64,000 nt of DNA from Vulcanimicrobiota bacterium. Lineage in GTDB: Bacteria > Vulcanimicrobiota > Vulcanimicrobiia > Vulcanimicrobiales > Vulcanimicrobiaceae. Each line of letters starts with the position of its first letter. The stretch's first letter is position 1. Below are positions 29,376 to 38,917 of this stretch, one piece after another. Location of the stretch: assembly GCA_963820825.1 (NCBI GenBank), contig CAWGBN010000008.1, forward strand, positions 162,011-226,010. The letters run 5' to 3'. The translations under genes were made by a program, and so were the position numbers. The notes under the pieces are model-generated. The model was not told the origin of the DNA and searched no databases. It was given only the letters and a program-made list of their open reading frames with translations.

Positions 29376-31433
29376 CTAGCGCCGCAGCTCGATGCGCGAC
29401 GGATAGATCGGCCGGTTGATGATGCGCTCGAGCGTCGTCGCCGGCGCGCTCAATGCGATCTCGGCAAAGCGCGTGAAGGCTTCGCGCGTCGCCTCTCCTT
29501 CCGCATAGCGCTCGTTGTGCTCCATCTCGACTCGACCGCGCACCGGCAGCAAGCGGATTGCGCGCCCGTCGTCGTCCTCGCCGATCTCGGCAAGCTCGGA
29601 GTCGGCAAAGATGCGCAACGCCGCGCCAACCGTGCGATCGCGCGCCCGGTCGATATCTAAGGTTCCGGCGATCTCCGCATCGCCGCCGCGCACGACTCCG
29701 GAGCGTGCCAATCCGCGAAGTCCGCGATAGATCTCGCGCAGAACGCCGATCGGCGGCGCGTCGAGATCGATGAGAAACTCGTTGAGCCCGCGATCCTTCT
29801 TCCCGTAAAGCAAGTGGATGCGCGCGGCGTCGCCGTCGCGGCCGGCGCGGCCCGCCTGCTGGTTGAACTCGCCGAAGTCAAAGTTGAGGTGATAGAGCAC
29901 GACGTCGGCGACGTCCGGAAGATCGATCCCCTCGCCGAACGCGGACGTGGCGATCACGACGCGCAAGCGACCTTCGCGAAAGAGCCGCTCGACCTCGAGC
30001 CGCTCGGCGTTGGGCATCTTGCCGTGATAGAACATCACCTCATTGCCGAGTTCGCGGCGGAGCCGCCGCGCCACGCTCGCCGCCTCGCTGCGCGAGTTGC
30101 AGTAGACGATGCCTTTCCCGCGCTCGCCGGATGCGAAGAGCTCGACCAGATAGGCGTGCTTGTCGCGCGTCTCGCGCGCGTCGACGATGCTCAGGTTCTC
30201 GCGCACCGTGGGATCGATCACCCAGGCGTCGATTCGCAGATCCTCGACGATGCGGCGGAACGTCTCGTCGCTCGCGGTCGCGGTCAGCGCGAGCACCTGC
30301 GGATTGCCCAGGCCGGCGATCGTTGCGCTCAGCCGGGCGTAGGCGGGCCGGTGGCGCGATTCTTGCACGTGGTGCGCCTCGTCGACGACGGCAAACGCGG
30401 GCGTACTCGCGCCGCGCAACGCCTCGCGATGAAACTCGAGAAACTCCGGCGTCGCGAGCACGAGATCCCACGCGCCCTCGCGTAACGCGGCGAAGAGCTC
30501 GTCGCGCTCCTCGTTCTCGATCGAGCCGTTGGCACGGAAGCAGCGCAGCCCGAGCGGATCAAGCGTGCGCCGCAGAGCCTCGTATTGATCGTTGGCCAGC
30601 GCGCGCAGCGGATAGATGACCAGCGTCTTGCCCGCGCCGGCGAACGCGCGCAGCGCCGCGGCGTACTGAAAACAGAACGATTTTCCGCGCCCGGTTCCCA
30701 GCACCGCCAGCGTGTTCTTTCCGGCGGCGAGCCGATCGAGCACCGCGCGCTGCGCTTCGTGCGGCTGCGAAGTGCCGATCAGCGCGCCACGCACGCGTTC
30801 GGCGAGCGCGTCGCCATCGCCGAGCTCCGGCGATGCCGCGACATCGCGGCGCGGCGCCGCGCGCGGCGCCGCGCTCACGCGCTCGACGAAGATATTGACG
30901 CCGCGATACTTCCCCCCGGTCTGCGGCGGCGCCATTGCGGACCCGGTGAGCGAGGCGATCCGCGCGGTGTACCGCGCCCCCGCGTCGATGAGCGGCGCCA
31001 AATGCGCGGCCAGCCGCTTATTGAAGAATCCGAGATGGAGGTTGCCGTAATGGACGGCAATCGCATTGGCGTCGTGCGGGTTCTCGAGTTGGCGATGGAG
31101 TTCGAGCGGCGCTCCGGCATGCAGACCGGCGATCACGTCCTGCCGCCCTTCGAACGACACGCCGGCGATCTTGGTGTGAAAGTGCGGGGCGTCGCCGATC
31201 GTCGCGTAGGGATCGTTGAGGTATTCGTCGCTCTTGGCAAAGACGCGCTCGATGAACGCATTCGCGGGATCGCCAAACGCGCGAAACGCCGCTTCGAAGG
31301 CGGCTTCCGACGGCGTGGGCGGGGGAAGTTCTTTAGTGCGTGCTCTCTTCTTCTCCACGCTCGGCTTGCGCCGAGCCTGGGAGGTCGTCGAGGTTGAGCG
31401 CGATCTCTTCGTGGCCTTGCTCGAGCGCGGCAT
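29376..31433 (-). CDS. RecQ-family ATP-dependent DNA helicase with N-terminal basic tail and HIRAN domain
   Basis: HIRAN-like KIAGVSFEGRQ...NPHDANAI; Walker A GTGRGKS, DEAH box VVDEAHH, helicase-C motifs; start ATG 31433 (GTG 31358 is an alternative). Confidence 0.8.
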   Translation of the reverse strand: MPRSSKATKRSRSTSTTSQARRKPSVEKKRARTKELPPPTPSEAAFEAAFRAFGDPANAFIERVFAKSDEYLNDPYATIGDAPHFHTKIAGVSFEGRQDVIAGLHAGAPLELHRQLENPHDANAIAVHYGNLHLGFFNKRLAAHLAPLIDAGARYTARIASLTGSAMAPPQTGGKYRGVNIFVERVSAAPRAAPRRDVAASPELGDGDALAERVRGALIGTSQPHEAQRAVLDRLAAGKNTLAVLGTGRGKSFCFQYAAALRAFAGAGKTLVIYPLRALANDQYEALRRTLDPLGLRCFRANGSIENEERDELFAALREGAWDLVLATPEFLEFHREALRGASTPAFAVVDEAHHVQESRHRPAYARLSATIAGLGNPQVLALTATASDETFRRIVEDLRIDAWVIDPTVRENLSIVDARETRDKHAYLVELFASGERGKGIVYCNSRSEAASVARRLRRELGNEVMFYHGKMPNAERLEVERLFREGRLRVVIATSAFGEGIDLPDVADVVLYHLNFDFGEFNQQAGRAGRDGDAARIHLLYGKKDRGLNEFLIDLDAPPIGVLREIYRGLRGLARSGVVRGGDAEIAGTLDIDRARDRTVGAALRIFADSELAEIGEDDDGRAIRLLPVRGRVEMEHNERYAEGEATREAFTRFAEIALSAPATTLERIINRPIYPSRIELRR

Positions 31434-32670
31434 CGTGCAACCCGGCTTGCTGCGCGTCGAGCGGGTCGATCACCTCTTGCGCGGTATCGGGCTCTTCGAG
31501 CGCGACGCCGCTGGGGGCGTCGGTGCCGGTCGCGTCGGCGACCCCGTCGCCGCGCTTCTTGCGATACCGTGCCGGCGTCGCCGGCACGGTGGTGCGCGCC
31601 GTCTTCGCCTTTTGGCGACGCTCGCGCCGGGCCGCGACGATATCCTCGCGGGCGACGCCGCTGCGGCTCTGCAGCGCGGCGGATTCGGAACGCGAGCGTG
31701 AGGTAACCGTCCGATCCTGCGCGAGACCCGCGCGGCGCCGCTTTGCGGCCGCTTCGAGCTGCCGCTTGCGAAAGACGAGCACCAGCGGTGCGGAGTAGAA
31801 GATCGAGTGGTAACCGCCCGAGCAGATGCCGACGAGCAGCGCAAAAGCAAAGTTCTTCAGGCTCGCGCCGCCGAGCGCGAGCAGCGCGACCAGCGTAATG
31901 ACCACCGTTGCGAGCGTGTTGAACGAGCGCGTCATCGTCTGCTTGATCGACTCGTTGACGATCTTCTCGTACGGCGCGCCCGCCATCAGCTTGGTATTCT
32001 CGCGTATTCGATCGAGGATGACGATCGTGTCCATGACCGAGTAGCCGATGACGGTCAAGACGGCGGCGAGGAAGGCGTCGTCGGCGCGCTTGTCGGCAAG
32101 CGCGTAGATGCCGATCATCATCGCCGCGTCGCGGACGAGCGCGATGACCGTAACCAAACCGAAGATATAGTTCCAGCCGAAGCGGAAGGCGATGTACAGG
32201 AACTGGATGCTGAGCGCGATGACCAGCGCCCAGAGGGCCCTGGTGAGATACTCGCGTCCGAGCGACGGGCCTACCGAGGTAATCTGCGAGGCAGCCCGGT
32301 CGACCGGCGCGACCGTATTGAGCGCGTTCCAAACGGGCGCCGAGTTATTCGCGAACGCCGTCTGAGTCTGAATGATGAAGCCTTTGCCGTCGGTCCCGGC
32401 CGTCGTCACCGACTCTTCGCTCATGCCGAACCCCGAAAGGGCCTGCTTTACCTTATCGGCGGTCGTCGCTTCAGTGAACCGCACGGTGATATCGGTTCCG
32501 CCGGTAAACGAGAGGCCGAGCCGCAGCATGCGGTTGGCGTGGAAGCCGTCGCCGCCGGCAAAGCCGTGGTAGATCATCGAGCCGACGCCCAGCGCAATGA
32601 CGAGATACGAGATCGTCGAGACGATCCTGAACCACCCGACGATATTCCAGTTTAAGCGGCGAAAGAGCAT
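31333..32670 (-). CDS. secF: protein translocase subunit SecF with about 140-aa low-complexity C-terminal tail
   Basis: SecF TM core (GLSFTGGT, LHDA/IVILDRIRE-type motifs) followed by a charged tail. Confidence 0.9.
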   Translation of the reverse strand: MLFRRLNWNIVGWFRIVSTISYLVIALGVGSMIYHGFAGGDGFHANRMLRLGLSFTGGTDITVRFTEATTADKVKQALSGFGMSEESVTTAGTDGKGFIIQTQTAFANNSAPVWNALNTVAPVDRAASQITSVGPSLGREYLTRALWALVIALSIQFLYIAFRFGWNYIFGLVTVIALVRDAAMMIGIYALADKRADDAFLAAVLTVIGYSVMDTIVILDRIRENTKLMAGAPYEKIVNESIKQTMTRSFNTLATVVITLVALLALGGASLKNFAFALLVGICSGGYHSIFYSAPLVLVFRKRQLEAAAKRRRAGLAQDRTVTSRSRSESAALQSRSGVAREDIVAARRERRQKAKTARTTVPATPARYRKKRGDGVADATGTDAPSGVALEEPDTAQEVIDPLDAQQAGLHDAALEQGHEEIALNLDDLPGSAQAERGEEESTH

Positions 32671-32673
32671 CGC

Positions 32674-34053
32674 TTACGCTCCCGCCTCGGATGCCGCGGC
32701 AGTCCGGGCAAATATGCCCACGTCGGAGCGCTTGACGCCGTAGAGCTCGGGGCTGGTGAGCACGTTGTTGTCGACGAGCGCGTCGACGAAGAATCGGGTG
32801 ATGAAGACCGCGGTAACGAGCGAGACGACGGTTCCCCAGAAGAGCGTGAATGCAAAGCCCTTGACCGTGCCGGTGCCGAGCATGTACAGCACGCCCGCAC
32901 CGACGATCGTCGTAAAGTGGCTGTCGAAGACGGCCGAGAAGGCGCGCTGGAACCCGACGCGCACGGCCGCGCGCATCGTCTTGCCGTTCCAGAGCTCCTC
33001 TTTAATGCGCTCGAAGATCAGTACGTTTGCGTCGACCGCCATACCGATCGAGAGCACGAAGCCGGCGATGCCGGGCAGCGTGAGCGTCGCGTGCGAGAGC
33101 GCGAGGATCGCCATCATCACGAGCACGTAGATCGCGAGCGCGAGGTCGGCGAGAAGGCCCGGCAGGCGATAGACCGCGATCATGAAGATCAAGACGAGAC
33201 CGAGCCCGAGCGCCGCCGCGCGCATCGACTGAGTCAAGTCGATCTTACCGAGCGTCGGGCCGATCGTCTCCTTCTCGATGATGCTGATGCTCACCGGAAG
33301 GGCGCCGGCATTGAGCTCGTTGGCAAGTGTGATCGTCTCTTCTTGGGTGAAGTTGCCGGTGATCTGACCGTTATCATAGATCGCCCCTTGAATGATCGGC
33401 GCCGAGAGATAGCGGTGATCGAGGAAGATGCCGAGCGGCTTCTGGAGATTTGCCGTCGTGAGCTTGCCGAACCGCGCGGGATCCTTCGTTTGGAAGAGGA
33501 TGTCCGGGCGCCCCGCTTGGTCGTAGCCCGCCTGCGCGGCCTTGAGGTCTTTGCCGGAGTAGACGACGTCGCCGCTCTTCTCGTATGCGGTCTTCGAAAC
33601 GTAGAGTTCCGCTGCCGCCTTGTCCTTCGGCGATACGTTCGGCTGCGCGAGCACGGCATTGGCGGCGTCGGCCTTCTGCATGATGTCGAAGGGTACGATC
33701 TTATATTCGAGCACCGCGGCCTGTTTGAGGAGTTTCTCCGCTTCGTCGGGATTCTTCACTGCCGGGAGCTCGACGAGAATCCGGTCGGTTCCGACGTTGC
33801 TGATCGAGGGCTCGGCGACGCCGAGACCGTTGATGCGGCGGTCGATGACCTCGCGCGTCTGCGCCTGAACCTCGCTGGTAACCCGCGGCACCTCCGCGGT
33901 CGGCGAAAGCTGGAGCAAGAGCCGCGCGCCGCCCTGCAGATCGAGCCCGAGATGAATCGTCTTCTGCAGCGGCCAGACGGCCCAAATCGAAATCGCACAA
34001 ACAGCGACGATGACGAGCGCCTTGAACGGCGCCTTCCACGTATTCCAGTTCAT
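32674..34053 (-). CDS. secD: protein translocase subunit SecD
   Basis: 459 aa; LGLDLQGG, GPTLG, AVDANVLIFERIKEE. Confidence 0.9.
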   Translation of the reverse strand: MNWNTWKAPFKALVIVAVCAISIWAVWPLQKTIHLGLDLQGGARLLLQLSPTAEVPRVTSEVQAQTREVIDRRINGLGVAEPSISNVGTDRILVELPAVKNPDEAEKLLKQAAVLEYKIVPFDIMQKADAANAVLAQPNVSPKDKAAAELYVSKTAYEKSGDVVYSGKDLKAAQAGYDQAGRPDILFQTKDPARFGKLTTANLQKPLGIFLDHRYLSAPIIQGAIYDNGQITGNFTQEETITLANELNAGALPVSISIIEKETIGPTLGKIDLTQSMRAAALGLGLVLIFMIAVYRLPGLLADLALAIYVLVMMAILALSHATLTLPGIAGFVLSIGMAVDANVLIFERIKEELWNGKTMRAAVRVGFQRAFSAVFDSHFTTIVGAGVLYMLGTGTVKGFAFTLFWGTVVSLVTAVFITRFFVDALVDNNVLTSPELYGVKRSDVGIFARTAAASEAGA

Positions 34054-34068
34054 TGGAGCCGGTGGAGT

Positions 34069-35865
34069 TTAGCCTTCGGCGGGCGCCGGGCCTGCCGCGG
34101 GTCGCCAGAGACGGCGTCCGATCACGAGGAGCCCGACGACCGCCGCCGCGGCGACCGCGCTCCAGACTAGACCTTGCGCCGGGCGGCCGTAGACGAAGGC
34201 GCCGGCCGCGAAGAGCGCGCCGTAGACCGAGGCTAGGCCGAGCACCCACCCGGCAAGCGCGAGCGTCATCGAATCGGGTGAGGCCGGCAGATCGCACTCG
34301 CGGCGAATCTTCGCCCACCCGGGACCCGCCGGACGGACGCGCGCGTAGAACGAGGCGAGCACGCTGCGCTCGACCGGCGGCGTGCAGTACGTTACCGCGA
34401 TCCACACGACGGTGGTCACGGCGATGGTCGTCAAGAGCACGGTCGTCGTCGCGGCGGTGTGACCGAGTTTGGCGGAGACGAAGAAGGCGACTGAGACGAC
34501 GAACGACGAGAGCATCGCGCTGACCTCGCTCCACGCGTTGATCCGCCACCAGAACCAGCGCAATAAGTAGATCAAGCCCGTTCCCGCTCCGATCGAGAGC
34601 AGCAGGTTGAAAGCATTCTTCGCGTTGTCGAGCGCGAGCGTGAAGAGCACGCCGAGCGCCATCAACAGCGCGGTGACCAGCCGTCCGGCAAAGACCAGCT
34701 CGCGTTGGGTGGAGTTCGGACGAATGAAGCGCTGGTAGAAATCGTGCACGAGATACGAGGTGCCCCAGTTGAGATGGGTCTCGATCGTCGAGCGATAGGC
34801 GGCGAAGATTCCCGCGACCATGAAGCCCGCGAATCCGGCGGGCAAGTACACCAGCATCGCCGGATAGGCGATGTCGTTGCCGATCAAGTTCGGCGCCACG
34901 CCGGGAAAGCGCAGTTGAATATCGTGCAGCGTCGGATAGACGATCGTCGAGGCGAGAGCGACGACGATCCACGGCCACGGCCGCAGTGCGTAGTGCATCA
35001 CCTGAAAGGCGAAGGTGCCGAAGAGCGCATCCGATTCCGTCTTCGCGGCGAGCATGCGCTGCGCGACGTAGCTGCCGCCGCCCGGTTCCGCGCCGGGATA
35101 CCAGACCGACCACCAGACCACCGTGAGCGGGATGACGAAGATGCCTAGCGCCGTCGGCCAGTCTTTGAAGTTCGGTAATATCGCCAGCGCGCTCGGATTG
35201 GCGCGCGTGAAATGAGCGATGAGGCCGTGCAGACCGCCGACGCCGGGCGCGTGGATCGCGAAGTAGGCCGCGGCGAACGCCGAGGTTATCGTGATGCAGA
35301 ACTGGATCGTGTCCGTCACCATGACGCCCCAGAGTCCCGCCGTCGCGGCAAAGATGATGGGCACGACGACCGAGATCGCGAGCGTCTCGGCGCGCGGCCA
35401 GCCGAAGAGAACGCCGGCAATCTTCACCAACGCCAAGTTGACCGTTGCGATGATCCAGCAGTTGAAGAATAGGCCGAGATAGAGCGCGCGAAAGCCGCGC
35501 ACGAACGATGCCGCGGGCCCGGCGTAGCGCAGCTCGTAGAACTCGAGATCGGTCAGAACGTTCGAACGGCGCCAGAGCCGCGCGTAAAAGAAGACCGTCG
35601 CCATACCGGTGAGCAGGAACGACCACCAGACCCAGTTCTCGGCGACGCCCCCGTCGCGCACCAGATTGGTGACGAGGTTCGGCGTATCGGTCGAGAAGGT
35701 CGTGGCGACGAGCGATATCCCGATGAGCCACCACGGTGCCGCGCGGCCGGCCGCAAAGAACTCGGTGATGTTGCGCCCGGCTCGCCGCGCCAGCACGATC
35801 GCCGGCACGAAGCTCACGCCCAAGGAAACGACGACGATAACCCAGTCGAGCGTCGTTAAGTGCAC
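34069..35865 (-). CDS. sodium:solute symporter (SSS) family transporter
   Basis: 598 aa, more than 12 TM segments, GGxxxxW N-terminal SSS pattern; start overlaps the flhA stop by 10 nt. Confidence 0.8.
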   Translation of the reverse strand: MHLTTLDWVIVVVSLGVSFVPAIVLARRAGRNITEFFAAGRAAPWWLIGISLVATTFSTDTPNLVTNLVRDGGVAENWVWWSFLLTGMATVFFYARLWRRSNVLTDLEFYELRYAGPAASFVRGFRALYLGLFFNCWIIATVNLALVKIAGVLFGWPRAETLAISVVVPIIFAATAGLWGVMVTDTIQFCITITSAFAAAYFAIHAPGVGGLHGLIAHFTRANPSALAILPNFKDWPTALGIFVIPLTVVWWSVWYPGAEPGGGSYVAQRMLAAKTESDALFGTFAFQVMHYALRPWPWIVVALASTIVYPTLHDIQLRFPGVAPNLIGNDIAYPAMLVYLPAGFAGFMVAGIFAAYRSTIETHLNWGTSYLVHDFYQRFIRPNSTQRELVFAGRLVTALLMALGVLFTLALDNAKNAFNLLLSIGAGTGLIYLLRWFWWRINAWSEVSAMLSSFVVSVAFFVSAKLGHTAATTTVLLTTIAVTTVVWIAVTYCTPPVERSVLASFYARVRPAGPGWAKIRRECDLPASPDSMTLALAGWVLGLASVYGALFAAGAFVYGRPAQGLVWSAVAAAAVVGLLVIGRRLWRPAAGPAPAEG

Positions 35866-37910
35866 GCTAGCGCGTTCGGTTCGTCCTCTGCGATGACCTC
35901 GGCCGGGGCGAGTGCGATCTCGTTGGGAAGCTCGCCGTAGGCGTAGACGCTCACGCGAATGCCCGAGCGCTGCAAGAAATCGGCGAGCACGGGACGCAGC
36001 GATGCGGTGCAGACGACCGCGGCGCGTTCGCGCGGCACTTCAGCAGCATACGCTTCGATGCGGGCGCGCAGGGCGAGCGCCGTTGCGGGGTCGAGCCCCT
36101 CCGCTCCATGACCGCACCACGCTGCAACGAGCCTTCGTTCGAACGGCGCCTCGAAGATCACCGGCTCGAGCCGGACGAGCCCGCGGCGGCGTAACAGGTC
36201 CGGTACGATCGCGCGCCGCGCGGCCTCGGCGAGCTCTTGCGGATCGGCCGTCCGCGCCTCGAGCATTGCTTCGAGCACCGCGACGGGATCGCGCGGCCAC
36301 GCGCACTCGCGCAAGAGCAGAGCGAAGGCGCGATGCACCGATCCGAACGGCAGGGCCTCGCCGCCGACTTCCTTGATCAGGGCGGGCACGGTCGCGCGCA
36401 GGTGCTCGAGCAGCGTGTGGAGCTCTTGCCGGCCGACGAGCTCGGCGGCGTGCGTTCGCGCGATCTCGGCCAAATGCGACCCGAGCACCGAGATCGGATC
36501 GAAGACGAGCGCGCCCGCATTGCTCGCGCGCTCGCGCCCCGAGGGTTGGATCCACGCCGCCGGCAATCCGTAGACGGGCTCGCGCTCGATTCGCGCGTTG
36601 AAATGCGCGAGGATCGCTTCGTCTGCGACGGCCAGGAGCCGATCGAGATCGAGCCTGCCGGCGCCTTCCAGACGGTCCCGCACGCGGATTCCGTAGGTGC
36701 GCGGATCGCGTGCGAGATCGTCGCGGAGGCGAACGCCGGGAAGCACGACGCCGATGTCCGCTGCAAGTGCGCGACGCACCTCGCCGATGCGATCGAGTAA
36801 AGCATCGGCAAGGGGTTGTGCGAGAAGCAGTGCGAGATCGGCACCGATCTCGATTGCGATCGAATCGACGCCGACGAGGCCGAGTGCGAGCTCGGGACGC
36901 CGCATCGCGTGACGCTTCGCGCGCTCGCGCGCGCCGATCGTCTCCTCTTCCCGCCGGCGGCGTTGCCGTTGCGCGGCATGAGCGACCGCGAACGCACCGG
37001 CCCCGAGAACCACGAAGAGCGGCCGCGGCAGAGCGGGAACGAGCGCGAGTGCAAGCAGGAGCGCGCCGGCGCTGCGCAGCGCATCGGGGCGTGCGAGCAG
37101 CTGTGAGGCGAGGTCGGCTCCCAACGCGCCGTCGGAAGCGACTCGCGTGACCATCATCCCCATCGCCGTCGAGATGAGAAACGCGGGCAGCGTCGTGACG
37201 AGCGCGTTGCCGATGGAGAGCAGCGCGAAGGTGTCGAGCGCGTCGAGCGGTGAGAGCGCGTGATAGGCGATACCGACGATCACGCCGCCGCAGAGATTGA
37301 GCGCCACGATCACGAGCGCGGCGACCGCATCGCCCTTGACGAACTTTCCGGCCCCGTCCATCGCGCCGTAGAAGTCCGCCTCCCGCTGCACGGCCTCTCG
37401 CTTGCGCCGCGCGCCTTCGCCGTCGAGCACGCCGGCATGAATGTCGGCGTCGATCGCCATCTGTTTTCCCGGCATCGCATCGAGCGTGAAGCGTGCCGCA
37501 ACCTCCGCGACGCGCTGCGAGCCGCTTGCAATGACGACGAACTGAATCGTCACCAAGATCGAGAAGACGATGAGCCCGACGACCAAGTTTCCGTGGACGA
37601 CAAATGCGCCGAAGGCCGGAATGATCGCGCCGACCGCGCCCGGCGTCGCACCTGAGGTCAGAATGAGGCGCGTCGCCGAAACGTCGAGCGAGAGCCGAAA
37701 GAGCGTCGCGACAAGCAGCGCGGGTGCGAAGGCCGAAAACTCGAGCGGATCGTCGACGGTCACCGAGAGCAGCAGCACGAGCGACGAGCCGAAGACGTTG
37801 ACCCCCAAGAGCACGTCGAGCAGCCATGGCGGCAGCGGAACGATCAGAATTCCGACGATCGCCAACAGCAGCGCCGCAAAGGCGTAGACCGCCCGCCTCT
37901 TCGCGTTCAC
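35856..37910 (-). CDS. flhA: flagellar/T3SS export gate protein FlhA (SctV family)
   Basis: Start GTG 37910; FHIPEP signature FTLDAMPGKQMAIDAD, GAMDGAGKFVKGD; 684 aa. Confidence 0.9.
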   Translation of the reverse strand: MNAKRRAVYAFAALLLAIVGILIVPLPPWLLDVLLGVNVFGSSLVLLLSVTVDDPLEFSAFAPALLVATLFRLSLDVSATRLILTSGATPGAVGAIIPAFGAFVVHGNLVVGLIVFSILVTIQFVVIASGSQRVAEVAARFTLDAMPGKQMAIDADIHAGVLDGEGARRKREAVQREADFYGAMDGAGKFVKGDAVAALVIVALNLCGGVIVGIAYHALSPLDALDTFALLSIGNALVTTLPAFLISTAMGMMVTRVASDGALGADLASQLLARPDALRSAGALLLALALVPALPRPLFVVLGAGAFAVAHAAQRQRRRREEETIGARERAKRHAMRRPELALGLVGVDSIAIEIGADLALLLAQPLADALLDRIGEVRRALAADIGVVLPGVRLRDDLARDPRTYGIRVRDRLEGAGRLDLDRLLAVADEAILAHFNARIEREPVYGLPAAWIQPSGRERASNAGALVFDPISVLGSHLAEIARTHAAELVGRQELHTLLEHLRATVPALIKEVGGEALPFGSVHRAFALLLRECAWPRDPVAVLEAMLEARTADPQELAEAARRAIVPDLLRRRGLVRLEPVIFEAPFERRLVAAWCGHGAEGLDPATALALRARIEAYAAEVPRERAAVVCTASLRPVLADFLQRSGIRVSVYAYGELPNEIALAPAEVIAEDEPNALACT

Positions 37911-38917
37911 GCTTCCGACGCGTTCGCTCGCGAAAGGGTCGCGACGACTTCGGCAACGGCTACGAAATGAATCGCCGGAATCGGTTCGCCGGTCCGCCCG
38001 TCGCGGAAGAGCGCGCGAGCCAGCACGACGTCCTCGACGACCGGAATGCGGTATCGTTCCGCGAGCGCGCGCACGTGCAGCGCGGCCGCCTCCGCGGCGC
38101 GCGCCAGCACGCGCGGCACGGGAACCGCCGGCGGCCGGTATTCGAGCGCGACGGCGACGTGCTGCGGGTTCGTTACGACGAACGACGCCTCTTTGAGCCG
38201 GCCGATCCCGCCGCGCAGCAACGCACGATGCAGCGCGCGCCGGCGCCCGCGCGCGATCGCATCGCCCTCTTCTTCTTTCGCCTCGCGTTTGCGCTCCTCG
38301 AAGCTCATTCGCAGATTGCGCAGCCAGGCGCGCCGTGCCGCCGCATACTCGCCGACGGCGAAGCAGAATCCGACCGTGCACGCGGCCACCGCTACCTCGC
38401 GCGCCGCGGCCCAGGCCGTCGCCGCGACGTCTCCGACCGACGACGCCTGCAACGACGCCGCGCAGCTCCACGCGACGAACGGCGTCATCGCCGCGCTCGC
38501 ACAGACGAACGCAAGCGCCGCTCGCAGCGAATGCGCGAGCGTTTCGCGAGAGAGAATTCGCTTGACGCCTTCGACCGGATTCAACCGCTCGAGTTTTACG
38601 GCGATCGAAAGTGCGGCAAGGCCGCCGTTCTGAGCGAGGTTTCCGAGCGCACCCGCCAAGGCGGCGGCGCCGACGGGTAAGCAGGCTACGGCAAGGATCA
38701 GCGCGCTTGCCGGGGTCGCTCGCCCGGCGAAACCGGCGACGAATGCATTGCTCGCCGCGGCGGCAAGCACCGGGGCAGTCGCCATCGCGGTCAAGGCCGC
38801 CGCGGCGAATGCGAGATTCGCCGCGAGCTCGCTCGAACGTGCGACGTTACCCTCGCGCAGCGCCTTGGCAATCCGGCGCGGCGTCGCCTCGAACGGTTTC
38901 TCTGCGGTATCGCTCAC
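37907..38917 (-). CDS. flhB: flagellar/T3SS export switch protein FlhB (SctU family)
   Basis: Start GTG 38917 (SDTAEKPFEATPRRIAKALREGNVARS); autocleavage-site variant NPQH in VVTNPQHVAVAL. Confidence 0.85.
   Translation of the reverse strand: MSDTAEKPFEATPRRIAKALREGNVARSSELAANLAFAAAALTAMATAPVLAAAASNAFVAGFAGRATPASALILAVACLPVGAAALAGALGNLAQNGGLAALSIAVKLERLNPVEGVKRILSRETLAHSLRAALAFVCASAAMTPFVAWSCAASLQASSVGDVAATAWAAAREVAVAACTVGFCFAVGEYAAARRAWLRNLRMSFEERKREAKEEEGDAIARGRRRALHRALLRGGIGRLKEASFVVTNPQHVAVALEYRPPAVPVPRVLARAAEAAALHVRALAERYRIPVVEDVVLARALFRDGRTGEPIPAIHFVAVAEVVATLSRANASEA

Noticed and set aside
27565-31433. Secreted protein, C11 protease and HIRAN helicase as a candidate defence island
   Set aside because: The genes are not co-oriented (the protease and helicase are convergent). 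No nuclease, methylase or NTPase-sensor partners are present, and composition matches the surrounding genome. There is insufficient evidence.
35856-38471. Long N-terminal extensions on several ORF-track entries: flhA 871 aa, flhB 417 aa, metF 491 aa, fliF 605 aa, sdhA 665 aa, TauE 503 aa, lipid-phosphatase 323 aa
   Set aside because: The extensions are Arg-rich, overlap the upstream gene, and precede an internal ATG/GTG that yields a canonical family N-terminus, often with a 4-nt overlap to the upstream stop. These genes were trimmed accordingly.
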